64,000 nucleotides of DNA from Spirochaetia bacterium (GTDB lineage Bacteria > Spirochaetota > Spirochaetia > DSM-2461), in assembly GCA_963668315.1 (NCBI GenBank), contig OY764216.1, forward strand, positions 4,704,001 to 4,768,000. The letters are read 5' to 3'. Both the position numbers and the translations under genes were made by a program. Under the pieces are notes generated by a model. It was not told where the DNA came from, did not search any database, and worked only from the letters and a program-made list of their open reading frames with translations. Each line of letters begins with the position of its first letter. Positions within the stretch are counted from its first letter, which is position 1. Positions 29,882 through 39,921 of the stretch are shown here, in pieces.

Positions 29882-31186
29882 ATGGCGGAAGAAGATAAGC
29901 TTAAGGAATATATGGAACGGCTGGAGAGTTTACCCGGCGGTTTGCCTAGCGGGGAAACTCTGAGAAAACTCCAGAATCAATGTCATCTGGAACCGAGTGA
30001 TCTGAAAAAACTCGATATGCTTGTGGAGCGGCATAATGAACGGGCCGAAATCTATCTGCACCGCGATAACGTTATCGGAGCCATAGAGGAGCTTGAGAGG
30101 GCCTGTCAGCTGACACCCCGGGACCCCTTCATCCACCTCAATCTGGCAAGGCTTTATAAAAACAGATACGAAAATTACGGTTTTTTGAGAAACGACCGGG
30201 AAAAGGCGAAGAGCGAGGCGGAAAAGAGCTTAACCCTCGACAGCTCCCTCAAGGAACCGACGGATATCATCCGAGAAGTGGATCTGATTCACAGGCAGCT
30301 GAACAGGACGGGAAAAGGAAAGAAGCCCGTCACCCTGATTATCCTCTCTGTTTCCCTCTTGCTTATTATCCTTCTTTTTACCCAGAGGTCAGCCCTTATC
30401 GGCTGGATTCAGGAAAGGCGTAATCCGACAGCTGATTTCGTCCGTGTCGCCCCTGCGCCCGCATACGACCCGACGTTACCCCATGATGTGCCGTTAAACA
30501 GTTTCGGTTTCGAGGGGAGCAATCTCGACGTGAATCTTCAAAGCTCCCGGGTAATGCCACTGAACGATCATTGGGGTTATGAACTGAAAGGCGGACTCAG
30601 CTCCCCTTCCCTCGCCATAGACAGGGCCGAGCTGGAGCTTCGCTTTCTTGATAAGAACAGTTCTCTCATCTTCAGCGAAAACATCATCCTCGACGACGAG
30701 GCCCTGATCCTTCCCGGTGAGACGCTCCCCGTGAATCTCTTTTTCTATATCCCCTTTGCTCCCTCTGAGGTCGCCTCCCTTTCGGTGACGCCGGTCAGCC
30801 TTTCCCTCCTGCCTGAGCCCCCTCTCAGGGAACAGGATCTCACCCTGCGCTGGGAAACGGCAAAACCGGAAGGGGTTAAACTGGGCTTAGAGGAAAGGGA
30901 GAGGGAAAATCAGGAAGGTTATGACAGAAATGTCCACTACTACACGTTCGACCTGCAGCAGAGCGGATCACGGGAGATCCGTCTTCTGGAGCTGACATTC
31001 AGGTGGAGGGACATCAGGGAGAATATTATTCAGGAACAGAAAGTTCTTCCCGTAAGTCCCGACGGCCCCTTTTTCTCGCCAGGAGAATCCAGAGCTCTTT
31101 CCTTTCATCGGGATTCTCCCTTTTCAGTGAACTGGGATGAGCTTTATTACGACGTGGCCGTGACAGAGATTGAACTCGTACCCTAA
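29882..31186 (+). CDS. TPR-containing membrane-anchored hypothetical protein
   Basis: N-terminal TPR (AIEELERACQLTPRDPFIHLNLARLY), one TM helix and a beta-rich C-terminal region. Confidence 0.7.
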   Translation: MAEEDKLKEYMERLESLPGGLPSGETLRKLQNQCHLEPSDLKKLDMLVERHNERAEIYLHRDNVIGAIEELERACQLTPRDPFIHLNLARLYKNRYENYGFLRNDREKAKSEAEKSLTLDSSLKEPTDIIREVDLIHRQLNRTGKGKKPVTLIILSVSLLLIILLFTQRSALIGWIQERRNPTADFVRVAPAPAYDPTLPHDVPLNSFGFEGSNLDVNLQSSRVMPLNDHWGYELKGGLSSPSLAIDRAELELRFLDKNSSLIFSENIILDDEALILPGETLPVNLFFYIPFAPSEVASLSVTPVSLSLLPEPPLREQDLTLRWETAKPEGVKLGLEERERENQEGYDRNVHYYTFDLQQSGSREIRLLELTFRWRDIRENIIQEQKVLPVSPDGPFFSPGESRALSFHRDSPFSVNWDELYYDVAVTEIELVP

Positions 31187-32022
31187 CAGTCACCCATACG
31201 GGAAAGCCGGTCTATCACTTCTTCGATGATATCGTCGGGAGTACTGGCTCCGGCACTGACGCCGATCGTATCGTACCGTTCCAATTCTTCGGGAATCTCA
31301 TCGGCCGTTTCCACATGATAGGCGGGTATGCCCTCTTCCAGGGCGGTCTGGTAAAGACGGGTCGTATTGGCGCTTCTCTTGCCGCCCACAATGACCATGG
31401 CATCGACCCTGCCTGAGAGCTCCCTTACGGCTTCCTGACGTTTCTGGGTGGCGGGACAGATCATATTTTTGATAACCGTACGGGGATTTTTTTCCAGAAG
31501 AATCGCTTTTATCCTGTCGAACTCCCCCTGTTTAACGGTGGTCTGGCAGATAAAGAGAGTTTTTTCCGGCAGGGTTAGCTCTTCGGCTTCTTCGGGAGTA
31601 GAGACCACCTCATGAAAGGGAGCCCTTCCTGCCAGACCCTTAACCTCGCCGTGATCCTTATCACCGAGAATGACGATGAAATATCCCTTTTCCCCGTACT
31701 CCTCGATAATCCGGTGGCTCCGCTTTACCTTGGGACAGGTACCGTCTATAAGGGTCGCCCCTTTTCTCCTCAGAACCTTCTCGATCTCCGGTTCCACACC
31801 GTGAGCTCTTATAACCAGAGTGCAGTCTCCGGGTATTTCATCGGGACTTTCAGCCGTGATGGCTCCGGCATCCTGCAGTTTATCCAGGACCTGCCGATTG
31901 TGGATTATCGGTCCCAGGGTATAAAGGATTTCATTCCGGGAAAGCTCTTCTTCCACGAGACTGACGGCTCTCCTGACTCCCATACAGAATCCGGCGGGAT
32001 CGGCCTTTATAATCTTCTTCAT
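31183..32022 (-). CDS. ispH: 4-hydroxy-3-methylbut-2-enyl diphosphate reductase
   Basis: GFCMGVRRA, IIHN, RAHG, DGTCPKV, HGEV, QTT, ICPAT, SANT and AGASTP motifs. Confidence 0.96.
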   Translation of the reverse strand: MKKIIKADPAGFCMGVRRAVSLVEEELSRNEILYTLGPIIHNRQVLDKLQDAGAITAESPDEIPGDCTLVIRAHGVEPEIEKVLRRKGATLIDGTCPKVKRSHRIIEEYGEKGYFIVILGDKDHGEVKGLAGRAPFHEVVSTPEEAEELTLPEKTLFICQTTVKQGEFDRIKAILLEKNPRTVIKNMICPATQKRQEAVRELSGRVDAMVIVGGKRSANTTRLYQTALEEGIPAYHVETADEIPEELERYDTIGVSAGASTPDDIIEEVIDRLSRMGDC

Positions 32023-32107
32023 CTTCTTTTATCCTGTACGCCCGGATGATATTTTCCGGCTCATCCTATAAGAAAAAAGCTGCCCGACCGGACAGCTTCT
32101 TTCATAT

Positions 32108-33166
32108 TTACTTTTTCTTTTTCTTCTTTTCTTTGGCTTTCTTCTTTTTTGCCGTAGCCTCGGCAATTTCCTCTGCGGACTGTTTTACCGCTTCGGGCTG
32201 ATTTTTTTTCTTCTCCTTGTCCGCGGCTGCTTCTGCAGCGTGAGGACCGGCATGCATCTTTTTGGAGACCTTCTTTACGCTGCTGTTATGCCAGGCTATG
32301 ACAATGGTGGAAGCGATAAAGATAGATGAATAGGTACCAACAACGATACCTACGATCAGATTAAGAGCAAAGAGTCTGACCGTTCCGGTTGAGAAGAAGA
32401 AGATGGCCAATACGGCAATCAAAGTCGTGATAGACGTAATCAATGTACGGCTGAGGGACTGATTGATAGAAGTATTGACGACTTCCATAAAGCTGGACTC
32501 TTTGATCATCCGGGTGTTTTCCCTGATTCTGTCGAAGATAACGATCGTGTCATTCAGGGAGTAACCGATAATGGTCAGAACCGCCGCCACGGTAGCCGTG
32601 GAAACTTCCAGCTGGAAAAGGCCGATGAATCCGACCAGAAACAGAACGTCATGCAGAACGGCGGTAATAGCCGATACGGCATAATTCAGCTGGAATCTGA
32701 TCCAGATATAAGCCAGGATAAGCAGAAGGGCCACAATGGAGAGCCAGGCTGTGTTGCGTGCCAGGTTACCGGCAAATCTTGCGCCTACGAAGGAAGAGCT
32801 GTTGACCGTAACAGTTCCGCTGCCGAAGCTGTTTTCCAGAGCGGAAACAAGCTTTTTCTCGCCGTTCTGCTGGAATTCGGTCTCATCCCCTTCAACACCC
32901 AGTCTGATCATATACTCGCCCATCGTGTCGGTACCGACTTTCTGAACCTGGGGGGAGAGCTCAAAACCGGACAGGGCGTCCCTTACAGAACCTTCAGTAA
33001 CGTCGGATCCGTCAATGGAAACCTGAACATTAAGACCGGCCTGGAAATCGATGCCCAGATTGAACCAGCCCATGACGGCTGTACCGGCCCAGAAACCGAC
33101 GATAAGTACAATGGACATGACAAGCATGGGTGTACGGAGCTTCATAAAATTAATTTGCGTTTTCAT
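32108..33166 (-). CDS. secF: Protein translocase subunit SecF
   Basis: LGIDF, HDV, IGYSLNDTIVIFDRIRE and GTYSSIFIA; the start overlaps the secD stop (TAATG). Confidence 0.96.
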   Translation of the reverse strand: MKTQINFMKLRTPMLVMSIVLIVGFWAGTAVMGWFNLGIDFQAGLNVQVSIDGSDVTEGSVRDALSGFELSPQVQKVGTDTMGEYMIRLGVEGDETEFQQNGEKKLVSALENSFGSGTVTVNSSSFVGARFAGNLARNTAWLSIVALLLILAYIWIRFQLNYAVSAITAVLHDVLFLVGFIGLFQLEVSTATVAAVLTIIGYSLNDTIVIFDRIRENTRMIKESSFMEVVNTSINQSLSRTLITSITTLIAVLAIFFFSTGTVRLFALNLIVGIVVGTYSSIFIASTIVIAWHNSSVKKVSKKMHAGPHAAEAAADKEKKKNQPEAVKQSAEEIAEATAKKKKAKEKKKKKK

Positions 33167-34893
33167 TATTTGAGCCCCCAACCAATCTTGATCTTATCTT
33201 GTTTGAAATTCTCCGTTCCCACATCAAAAAGGAAATGGGAGACGAAAAGAGCCGTAAAGAGCGAACTGACAATACCTACTGCCAGGGTTACGGCAAATCC
33301 TCTTATGGAACCGGAACCGAGCATGGAGAGGAACAGAGCCGCGATAAGGGTGGTAATGTTCGCATCCATAATCGTCCAGAAAGCTTTCCTGAAACCGCCT
33401 TCGATGGAAGCGGCACGGGATTTGCCCAGACGAAGCTCTTCCTTGATTCTCTCAAAGATGATTACGTTGGCGTCAACCGCCATACCTACGTTGAGAATAA
33501 GACCGGCAATACTGGTCATGGTCAACGTGAAACGGAAGGCCGACAGTATGGCGGTGATAAAAAACAGGTTCAGAAGCAGAGCGATATCGGCGATAAATCC
33601 GGCCCGTCTGTACCAGACAAGCATAAAGATGAATACCGCGGCGAAACCGATGGAAATAGCCATGAGTCCGGCATTTCTGGTTTCCTCACCCAGGGTGGCT
33701 CCCACGATGCTCTGGGATTTGACTTCCAGGTCAACGGGCATGGCCGCCGTTCTGAGAATCAGTGCCAGGTCGTTGGCTTCCTGCGCATTGAATCCGGTAA
33801 CACGGACGGAATCGCGAATACCCTCGGAAATTGTGGCGATACTCTTGATTTTATCATCCATTACGACGGCAAGCGGCTTACCTGTGTTGGAGGAAGTCAG
33901 CTTATAGAAAAGCTCACCGCCCTCTTTATCCAGATAGAAGACAACGTTGGGCTGACCGGTAATCTGGTCGGAGGTGACGGAAGCACTCTCAATGTGCTGA
34001 CCGTCGAGGCCGACTTCACCGGTCATAACGGCATATCTCTGGAAAACGTCCTGGCCGTAGGAATCCTTCTTATAGTATCCTCTGACCACGAGCCCCTTGT
34101 CGATGATGCTGTCATCGGCAGGTCTGCCGTTAATGATCTGGCCGCCGGCGGCGGTATATTCGAGTATCGCATCGGTCGCATCATTATCGATGATATGAAA
34201 AGCCAGACGGCCTTTACCCATGAGGAAGGAGTTGACCTGCTCGGGATCTACTTCACCGGGAACTTCAATAAGGATCTGGTTATCGCTGGCGACCTTACGG
34301 ATACTGGGTTCGGTTACACCGAAAGTATCGATACGGTTGTTCAGGATTTCCATGGCCCTGTTGAGGGCGTCGTTCAGTTCGTCATCGGTAGGATTGTGTC
34401 CGAGTCTGTCCTCGAGGCTCTCTCTGTCCGCTTCGATTACGACGCTGAGACCGCCGAAAAGGTCCAGACCCAGCTTAATAGCCTTGGCTTTTACGTCCTT
34501 GAGCTCCTGGATTTCCAGGCGATAGCTGTCTTCCAAGGCCGTATAAACGTCCTGACCGGATCTGAAAGCGGAAAGCACGGCTTTTACCGTCCATTCCCTG
34601 GGAAGTTTCTCTCCCACCAGCTTATAATTGGCTTTAGCTTCGTCAATAAGGAAGTCAAGTTCCTCCGGCACAGCGCCGGAAAGCCCTTCCTCCGAAGCGG
34701 TAAGGGCTACCAATTGATCCAAACCTTCGCCGGCTTTATGCTCAGCATATTCCCTGATACTGTCCGTGGTGCCGTTGGCTAAAGTCTGCATCTCCGCAGT
34801 GGTGAAAAAATACCACCGAATTGTGGGGAGCAGAAAAAGAACTGCCAAAACCATACACAGAAGGATCAGGGAAAGTCTACTTACCCTGTTCAT
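33166..34893 (-). CDS. secD: Protein translocase subunit SecD
   Basis: LGLDLFGG, RIDTFGVTEP, GMAVDANVIIFERIKEE and DANITT. Confidence 0.96.
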   Translation of the reverse strand: MNRVSRLSLILLCMVLAVLFLLPTIRWYFFTTAEMQTLANGTTDSIREYAEHKAGEGLDQLVALTASEEGLSGAVPEELDFLIDEAKANYKLVGEKLPREWTVKAVLSAFRSGQDVYTALEDSYRLEIQELKDVKAKAIKLGLDLFGGLSVVIEADRESLEDRLGHNPTDDELNDALNRAMEILNNRIDTFGVTEPSIRKVASDNQILIEVPGEVDPEQVNSFLMGKGRLAFHIIDNDATDAILEYTAAGGQIINGRPADDSIIDKGLVVRGYYKKDSYGQDVFQRYAVMTGEVGLDGQHIESASVTSDQITGQPNVVFYLDKEGGELFYKLTSSNTGKPLAVVMDDKIKSIATISEGIRDSVRVTGFNAQEANDLALILRTAAMPVDLEVKSQSIVGATLGEETRNAGLMAISIGFAAVFIFMLVWYRRAGFIADIALLLNLFFITAILSAFRFTLTMTSIAGLILNVGMAVDANVIIFERIKEELRLGKSRAASIEGGFRKAFWTIMDANITTLIAALFLSMLGSGSIRGFAVTLAVGIVSSLFTALFVSHFLFDVGTENFKQDKIKIGWGLK

Positions 34894-34909
34894 GTTGTCT
34901 CTCCGATTA

Positions 34910-35287
34910 TTATTTCTTTTTCTTGTCGTTTCCGCCGTTCTCTTCTACAGCGGTTTTCTCGTCGCCTTTCGGGTCCTCTTTGCTGTTGTCAACGCTGGAA
35001 ACGGCGGATTTGGTAATCTCAAGCTTAACGTTGTCATCCACCTTAACCATAACGGTGGACTCCTTGACGTTGGTTACCATACCTTTGATACCGCCGATAG
35101 TGGTGATTTTATCACCCTTCTTAACCGCGTCTATCATCGCCTGGCGTTCCTTCTCTTTTTTGCGCTGGGGCCGAATGAGAAGGAAGTAAAAAATTGCGAA
35201 AATGGCAACAAGCATGACAATGCTCATGGCCGAGCTGCCCGTTGCCGCCGTAGCCTGCAGTAAGGGCAATGAAAATAACTGATACAT
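34910..35287 (-). CDS. yajC: Preprotein translocase subunit YajC
   Basis: FYFLLIRPQRKK and KKGDKITTIGGI; SD GAGGA. Confidence 0.95.
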   Translation of the reverse strand: MYQLFSLPLLQATAATGSSAMSIVMLVAIFAIFYFLLIRPQRKKEKERQAMIDAVKKGDKITTIGGIKGMVTNVKESTVMVKVDDNVKLEITKSAVSSVDNSKEDPKGDEKTAVEENGGNDKKKK

Positions 35288-35358
35288 ACCTACTTCCTCT
35301 TTAATATGGGAATTGAGAAAAAATATCATGAATAGAGGCCAGAGTCAAGTTTTATAAA

Positions 35359-35652
35359 CTAGACGTATCTGACCGAAGAGACCTCACCCCAGGATGGAAT
35401 GATTCCCAATACCTTCACCAGGCTATCCGCGTCGGCAACTCCGGCACCGCTGATCTCGTTGAACTTCCGGAGGACATACTCCCGACCTTCCCGGTCATCA
35501 TCGAAGAGTGCCGCAGCCAGAGCGCTTTTGTAAAGTCCCAGATCGGCCAGCTGAACGGGCGTTTTTTTCCCGTACCTGACCATAGCCTGCTTGTCTACGA
35601 TTGCGTCGCCGCCATTATAACCAATGGTAAAACAATATTGTTCTCTTTTCAT
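35359..35652 (-). CDS. Small hypothetical protein
   Basis: 97-aa ORF that cleanly fills the gap between the WYL gene and yajC. Confidence 0.6.
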   Translation of the reverse strand: MKREQYCFTIGYNGGDAIVDKQAMVRYGKKTPVQLADLGLYKSALAAALFDDDREGREYVLRKFNEISGAGVADADSLVKVLGIIPSWGEVSSVRYV

Positions 35653-35698
35653 AACACCGAAAGATATACTAACAGGAAAAAATCGCTATGGGAAGCCT

Positions 35699-36652
35699 CT
35701 ATAGAAAGTTCTGTGCCATCTTCCGGATCTTTTCCTTCCATATATCCCTCAATTCGGGGGGAGAAACCACTTCTCCCTCCTCGCGAAAGGAAAAAACACG
35801 GTTAAGAACCTCTTCGAAGGAGGACACGGGAAAGGTGAACTCCCGTATCCCCTTCTCACGGTTCCAAACCTCCTTCTGAGTAGGATGCCAGACCACGCCC
35901 TCTGTCAGCAGAGCCGCTCTGCCGGTAAAACGGAGCGTCACCGTTCTTCCCGGAGCTTCATTATTCAGCTCTGTCATGATGCCGAATCCGCTGTTCATCC
36001 TCTCGATCAGAGTCTCCCTGTCCAGGGGAAATTCAAAGGTTTCATCAAGAAGTGCCAGTTCCTCTATCCGGCTCAGAAGGAAAAGGCGTATGGCCTTTCT
36101 CGTATGGCACCAGGCCGCCAGATACCACTGGCCGTTCCAGTTCTTCAGATGAAGGGGGTCCACCCTTCTCCCCGAACTATCTCCGCCGAGGGACCGGTAA
36201 ACCATATCCATCCTTCTCCCCGAGCCGACCGCTCTTAGTATAAGGGAAAAGAAACGATCCGGCGGTTCGGGATAATCAAACAGGCCGTAGCTGATATGCT
36301 CCGATAGCTCCCGGTATTCCGGCGGGAGGATTCCGGCGAGATGCTCCTCAATGGAACGGGAGACAAGGGGCATGAGCTTCCTGTTCCGGCAGAACCCCAT
36401 GGCCAGGGAATAGAACAGCAGCTCCTGTTCCCCCCTTGCCCGGACTTTTTCCAGATCCTCACCGGAGAGGCTGTAGTACCCGCCCGATCCGGACCAGATA
36501 AGCCGATAGCCCAAACGGTCGCGAATATATTCGAGATCCCTCTTGACCGTCCGGGAGGATATTTCAAAGCGCCGGGCGGTTTCTCCGGTCGTTATGCGGT
36601 TCTCTTCACGCAGCTTGTTTAATATGTAAAAGATTCTCTCCGTCTGACTCAC
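35699..36652 (-). CDS. HTH-WYL-WCX transcriptional regulator
   Basis: N-terminal HTH (ARRFEISSRTVKRDLEYIRD); RRVDPLHL...WYLAAWCH...RLFLLSRI; C-terminal EVVSPPELR. Confidence 0.92.
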   Translation of the reverse strand: MSQTERIFYILNKLREENRITTGETARRFEISSRTVKRDLEYIRDRLGYRLIWSGSGGYYSLSGEDLEKVRARGEQELLFYSLAMGFCRNRKLMPLVSRSIEEHLAGILPPEYRELSEHISYGLFDYPEPPDRFFSLILRAVGSGRRMDMVYRSLGGDSSGRRVDPLHLKNWNGQWYLAAWCHTRKAIRLFLLSRIEELALLDETFEFPLDRETLIERMNSGFGIMTELNNEAPGRTVTLRFTGRAALLTEGVVWHPTQKEVWNREKGIREFTFPVSSFEEVLNRVFSFREEGEVVSPPELRDIWKEKIRKMAQNFL

Positions 36653-36753
36653 AACACCCCCCACTTCTCCTATTTAATAGTGACATTAACGTCCATTTAC
36701 GGCCATTTAAGGACAACTTTCTCTTTTTTTTACTATTTTTTTTGAAAATCCGC

Positions 36754-36782
36754 TTGATTCTTTTTTTCCGATGAGGTATATA
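36754..36782 (+). promoter_or_regulatory. Sigma70 promoter for the candidate sRNA
   Basis: TTGATT, 17 bp, TATATA, with an AT-rich upstream region. Confidence 0.55.
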
Positions 36783-36787
36783 TATGG

Positions 36788-36886
36788 ACGAGGCAGATAA
36801 CATAACAGTTTTCAACCTCTGATTTTTTTCATAAAATAAACTTCCTAACTTAAGGGGCCCTTTCGTTGACTGGGCCCCTTTTTTTT
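36788..36886 (+). ncRNA. Candidate small RNA (~100 nt), family unknown
   Basis: Bounded by a promoter and a strong + strand terminator, with no substantial ORF; the downstream operon has a separate promoter candidate. Confidence 0.45.
36852..36886 (+). terminator. Intrinsic terminator with no upstream + strand CDS
   Basis: AAGGGGCCC-N11-GGGCCCCTT followed by T6. Confidence 0.85.
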
Positions 36887-37165
36887 AGTCTGTCCCCTAA
36901 GGGCCGATGTGTCCGTTCCTCTCTGCAAAGATCTCAGACATCATTTTAAACCCACTCCCGGAAAGGCTTCAATAATATATTAATTCTACAGCTCAGGCGG
37001 TTCTTTTTTTCCTTCCCCCCTCTGAAAAACCACCGGAAACCCCTTCTCTTCCGCTTTACATGCATTTTTTACCCTTCGGTATAAAACAAAAAAAGCCGTA
37101 ACGACGATTGACGACGCCGGAAAAAAGTGCGAAAATACTTTTATCTTACACATCCCGGAGTTGAT

Positions 37166-38686
37166 ATGGCTGTAAGCGATACAGTTGTTCTTGAAACACG
37201 TAATATTTCCAAAAGGTTCCCCCGGGTATTAGCAAACAATAACATTAACATCACTCTTCACGAAGGCGAGATCATTTCCCTTCTCGGGGAAAATGGCGCG
37301 GGCAAGTCCACATTAATGAATGTTCTTTACGGTTTGTATAAGCCCACCACGGGAACGATCCTTCTCCACGGCAAGGAAGTGGAGTTTTCCTCCCCCAGGG
37401 ATGCCATAGACAAGGGTCTTGGTATGGTACATCAGCATTTTATGCTGGTTGATCCTTTAACCGTCACGGAGAATATCATTCTGGGCATGGAGCCCGGCAG
37501 GGGCGGATTGATCGATTACGGCCAGGCCCGCAAGGAAGTCAAGGAACTGTCCGATAAATACAGGCTGGAGATTGACCCCGACAGCCTGGTGGAAAATCTT
37601 CCCGTCGGTCTGCAGCAGAGAGTGGAGATACTCAAGGCCCTTTACAGAAAGGCGCGGATTCTCATTCTGGATGAGCCGACCGCCGTACTGACTCCCGGTG
37701 AAGTGGAGGACCTTTTCAAGGTCATAAGAAGGCTGCGCGAATCGGGCGTATCGGTCATCATCATCACCCATAAGCTCGAAGAGGTCCGCGCGATAAGCGA
37801 CCGGGTCTATATTCTCCGCCGGGGAGAAATCGCCGGGGAGAGACATACGAAGGACTGTTCAAAAACCGACCTGGCCAACCTCATGGTTGGGCGGGATGTG
37901 GTCCTTACCGTAAAGAAAGAGAAACATAAAGCCGGCGATGCGGCTACATTTGAGATAAAAAATCTAAATGTCATAAACGAAAGAAACGTCAAAGTTGTAG
38001 ACGGTCTTTCTCTGAATGTCAAACCCGGAGAGATTGTAGGTATCGCCGGTGTAGACGGCAACGGACAGACGGAACTGGCCCAGACCATTATGGGACAAAT
38101 GATTCAGGAATCGGGGGAGATTCTTTATAAAGGTAAGCCGATTCAGAATCTGGATACCCGTAAGCGACGGGATCTGGGCATATCCTATGTTCCTACGGAC
38201 AGACAGAAGGAAGGTCTGGTTCTGCCCTTTTCCATTGCGGAGAATATCATACTGGGCAGCCAGGATGAAAAACCCTTTACCCGGGGCATCAACCTGCAGA
38301 AAGGCTCAATAAACAGTTACTCGGAAAAACTGGTTAAGGATTTCGATGTCCGGTGCGCTTCCATAGAGGAAGCCGTATCCAATCTGTCCGGAGGAAATCA
38401 GCAGAAAGTTATTCTGGCCAGGGAATTCGCCCGGGATCCGGATTTTCTTCTGGTCTCCCAGCCGACCCGCGGTCTCGACGTGGGCGCCATAGAGTATATT
38501 CACAGTCAGATTCTCAACATGCGCGCCAAAAACAGCGCCATACTGCTCATATCCCTTGAGCTGGAGGAGATCTTCTCCCTGGCAGACAGGATTCTTGTTC
38601 TCTTCGAGGGACGTATCGTCAAGGAACTCAACCCCGCCGAAACGAACGACAAGGAAGTAGGACTTTACATGACGGGGGGAAATTAA
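37166..38686 (+). CDS. Nucleoside/simple-sugar ABC transporter ATPase (CUT2, NupA-like)
   Basis: GENGAGKSTLM, GMVHQHF, LDEPTAVLT, LSGGNQQK and QPTRGLDVGA. SD GGAG precedes the ATG at 37166. Confidence 0.93.
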   Translation: MAVSDTVVLETRNISKRFPRVLANNNINITLHEGEIISLLGENGAGKSTLMNVLYGLYKPTTGTILLHGKEVEFSSPRDAIDKGLGMVHQHFMLVDPLTVTENIILGMEPGRGGLIDYGQARKEVKELSDKYRLEIDPDSLVENLPVGLQQRVEILKALYRKARILILDEPTAVLTPGEVEDLFKVIRRLRESGVSVIIITHKLEEVRAISDRVYILRRGEIAGERHTKDCSKTDLANLMVGRDVVLTVKKEKHKAGDAATFEIKNLNVINERNVKVVDGLSLNVKPGEIVGIAGVDGNGQTELAQTIMGQMIQESGEILYKGKPIQNLDTRKRRDLGISYVPTDRQKEGLVLPFSIAENIILGSQDEKPFTRGINLQKGSINSYSEKLVKDFDVRCASIEEAVSNLSGGNQQKVILAREFARDPDFLLVSQPTRGLDVGAIEYIHSQILNMRAKNSAILLISLELEEIFSLADRILVLFEGRIVKELNPAETNDKEVGLYMTGGN

Positions 38687-39921
38687 TGGAAAAATTACTG
38701 ACGAGCCTGAAGGTTGTTTCAGGCATTGTTGGCGTCGTATTCTGGGCGGCGTCTCAGTTCTGGGGAATCCTTCTGGTGCTTCTGGCTATGGGGATTCATC
38801 TGTATCAGAGTATCCGCACCATGGAGAAGGACGAAGCGAAGGAGAGCCTCAAGGCCCTGGGAATGGAAGCCTTCTATCCGGCCATCGGAATTGCCGTAGC
38901 CATCATCATCGGAGGATTGATCATGGCCTTCACCGGCTACGATCCCATCAAGGCCTACAGTGCTCTTTTCTACGGCGGTCTGGTCAAGAACTGGCACATT
39001 TCCCTTCTCAATGCCACACCTCTGATTTTCACCGGCCTGTCCATAGCCGTGGCCTTTAAGGCCGGTCTGTTCAATATCGGAGCCGAGGGGCAGTACTATA
39101 TCGGTTCCATGATAGCCACCTGGCTGGCTATACGGTTCTCCCTTCCTCTGGGACTCTACATTCCCGTCATTATCATCCTGGCGGGAGCGGCAGCGGCGGC
39201 TTACAACATCATCCCGACACTGCTGAAGATCCGCACGGGCGCCCATGAAGTTGTAACCACCATGATGTTCGCCCATATCGCCACAAAGTACTCCACCATT
39301 TTCGTGAGAAACAACGGAGGAGACCCGGCGACCAGCAAGCATGCCTATGTGACCAACGCCATCCAGGAAGCGAATGAGCTTCTTCCTCTGAAGTCCATAA
39401 TTCCCGGGGCTAACTACCGGGTCCATATCGGCGTTCTTCTTGCCCTCGCGACAGCCGTCCTTATCTGGTATGTACTGTTCAAAACACGTATCGGGTATGA
39501 AATCCGTGCGGTGGGCGAAAATCAGATTGCCGCGAAAACTCAGGGCATCAAAGCGGGACGGTCCATTATGATAGCCATGCTTATCGCCGGTTTCCTCTGC
39601 GGCATATCCGGAACGACGCAGGTTCTGGGTCTGGAGCATAAAATGTACGAGAATCTGAACGCCGGGTACGGCTGGAACGGTATCTCCGTCGCCCTGCTGG
39701 CGAACAACGATCCCATAGGCGTGATTTTCGCCGCCCTGCTCTGGGGCATACTGGATGCGGGCGGTCAGTACATGGCCCGCACGACCCAGACTCCCAGCGC
39801 CATCGTGGAAATAATCAAGGGAACGATTCTTTTTCTCATTCTGGCCAAACATCTCTATTTCTGGTTCGGTCATAAATTATTCAACGGCAGAAAGAAAGCT
39901 GCCGCCGTGGAGGCCGCCTAA
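38686..39921 (+). CDS. Nucleoside ABC transporter permease (NupB-like)
   Basis: ATPLIFTGL, GLFNIGAEGQ, HEVVTTMM and GYGWNGISVALL. Confidence 0.9.
   Translation: MEKLLTSLKVVSGIVGVVFWAASQFWGILLVLLAMGIHLYQSIRTMEKDEAKESLKALGMEAFYPAIGIAVAIIIGGLIMAFTGYDPIKAYSALFYGGLVKNWHISLLNATPLIFTGLSIAVAFKAGLFNIGAEGQYYIGSMIATWLAIRFSLPLGLYIPVIIILAGAAAAAYNIIPTLLKIRTGAHEVVTTMMFAHIATKYSTIFVRNNGGDPATSKHAYVTNAIQEANELLPLKSIIPGANYRVHIGVLLALATAVLIWYVLFKTRIGYEIRAVGENQIAAKTQGIKAGRSIMIAMLIAGFLCGISGTTQVLGLEHKMYENLNAGYGWNGISVALLANNDPIGVIFAALLWGILDAGGQYMARTTQTPSAIVEIIKGTILFLILAKHLYFWFGHKLFNGRKKAAAVEAA

Noticed and set aside
33199..34782. Long antisense ORFs (this one; also 59599-61152, 32651-33907, 18826-20046 and 38719-39873)
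   Set aside because: They are shadow frames of well-supported genes and have no recognisable motifs.
36784..36822. 12-aa ORF MDEADNITVFNL
   Set aside because: The ATG lies 1 nt after the predicted -10, so it is probably upstream of the TSS. It cannot be excluded without TSS data.
36890..37165. Purine riboswitch ahead of the nucleoside ABC operon
   Set aside because: The conserved TATAAT...GATATGG...TTTCTACC...CCGTAAA core is absent; only a TTCTAC fragment is present.
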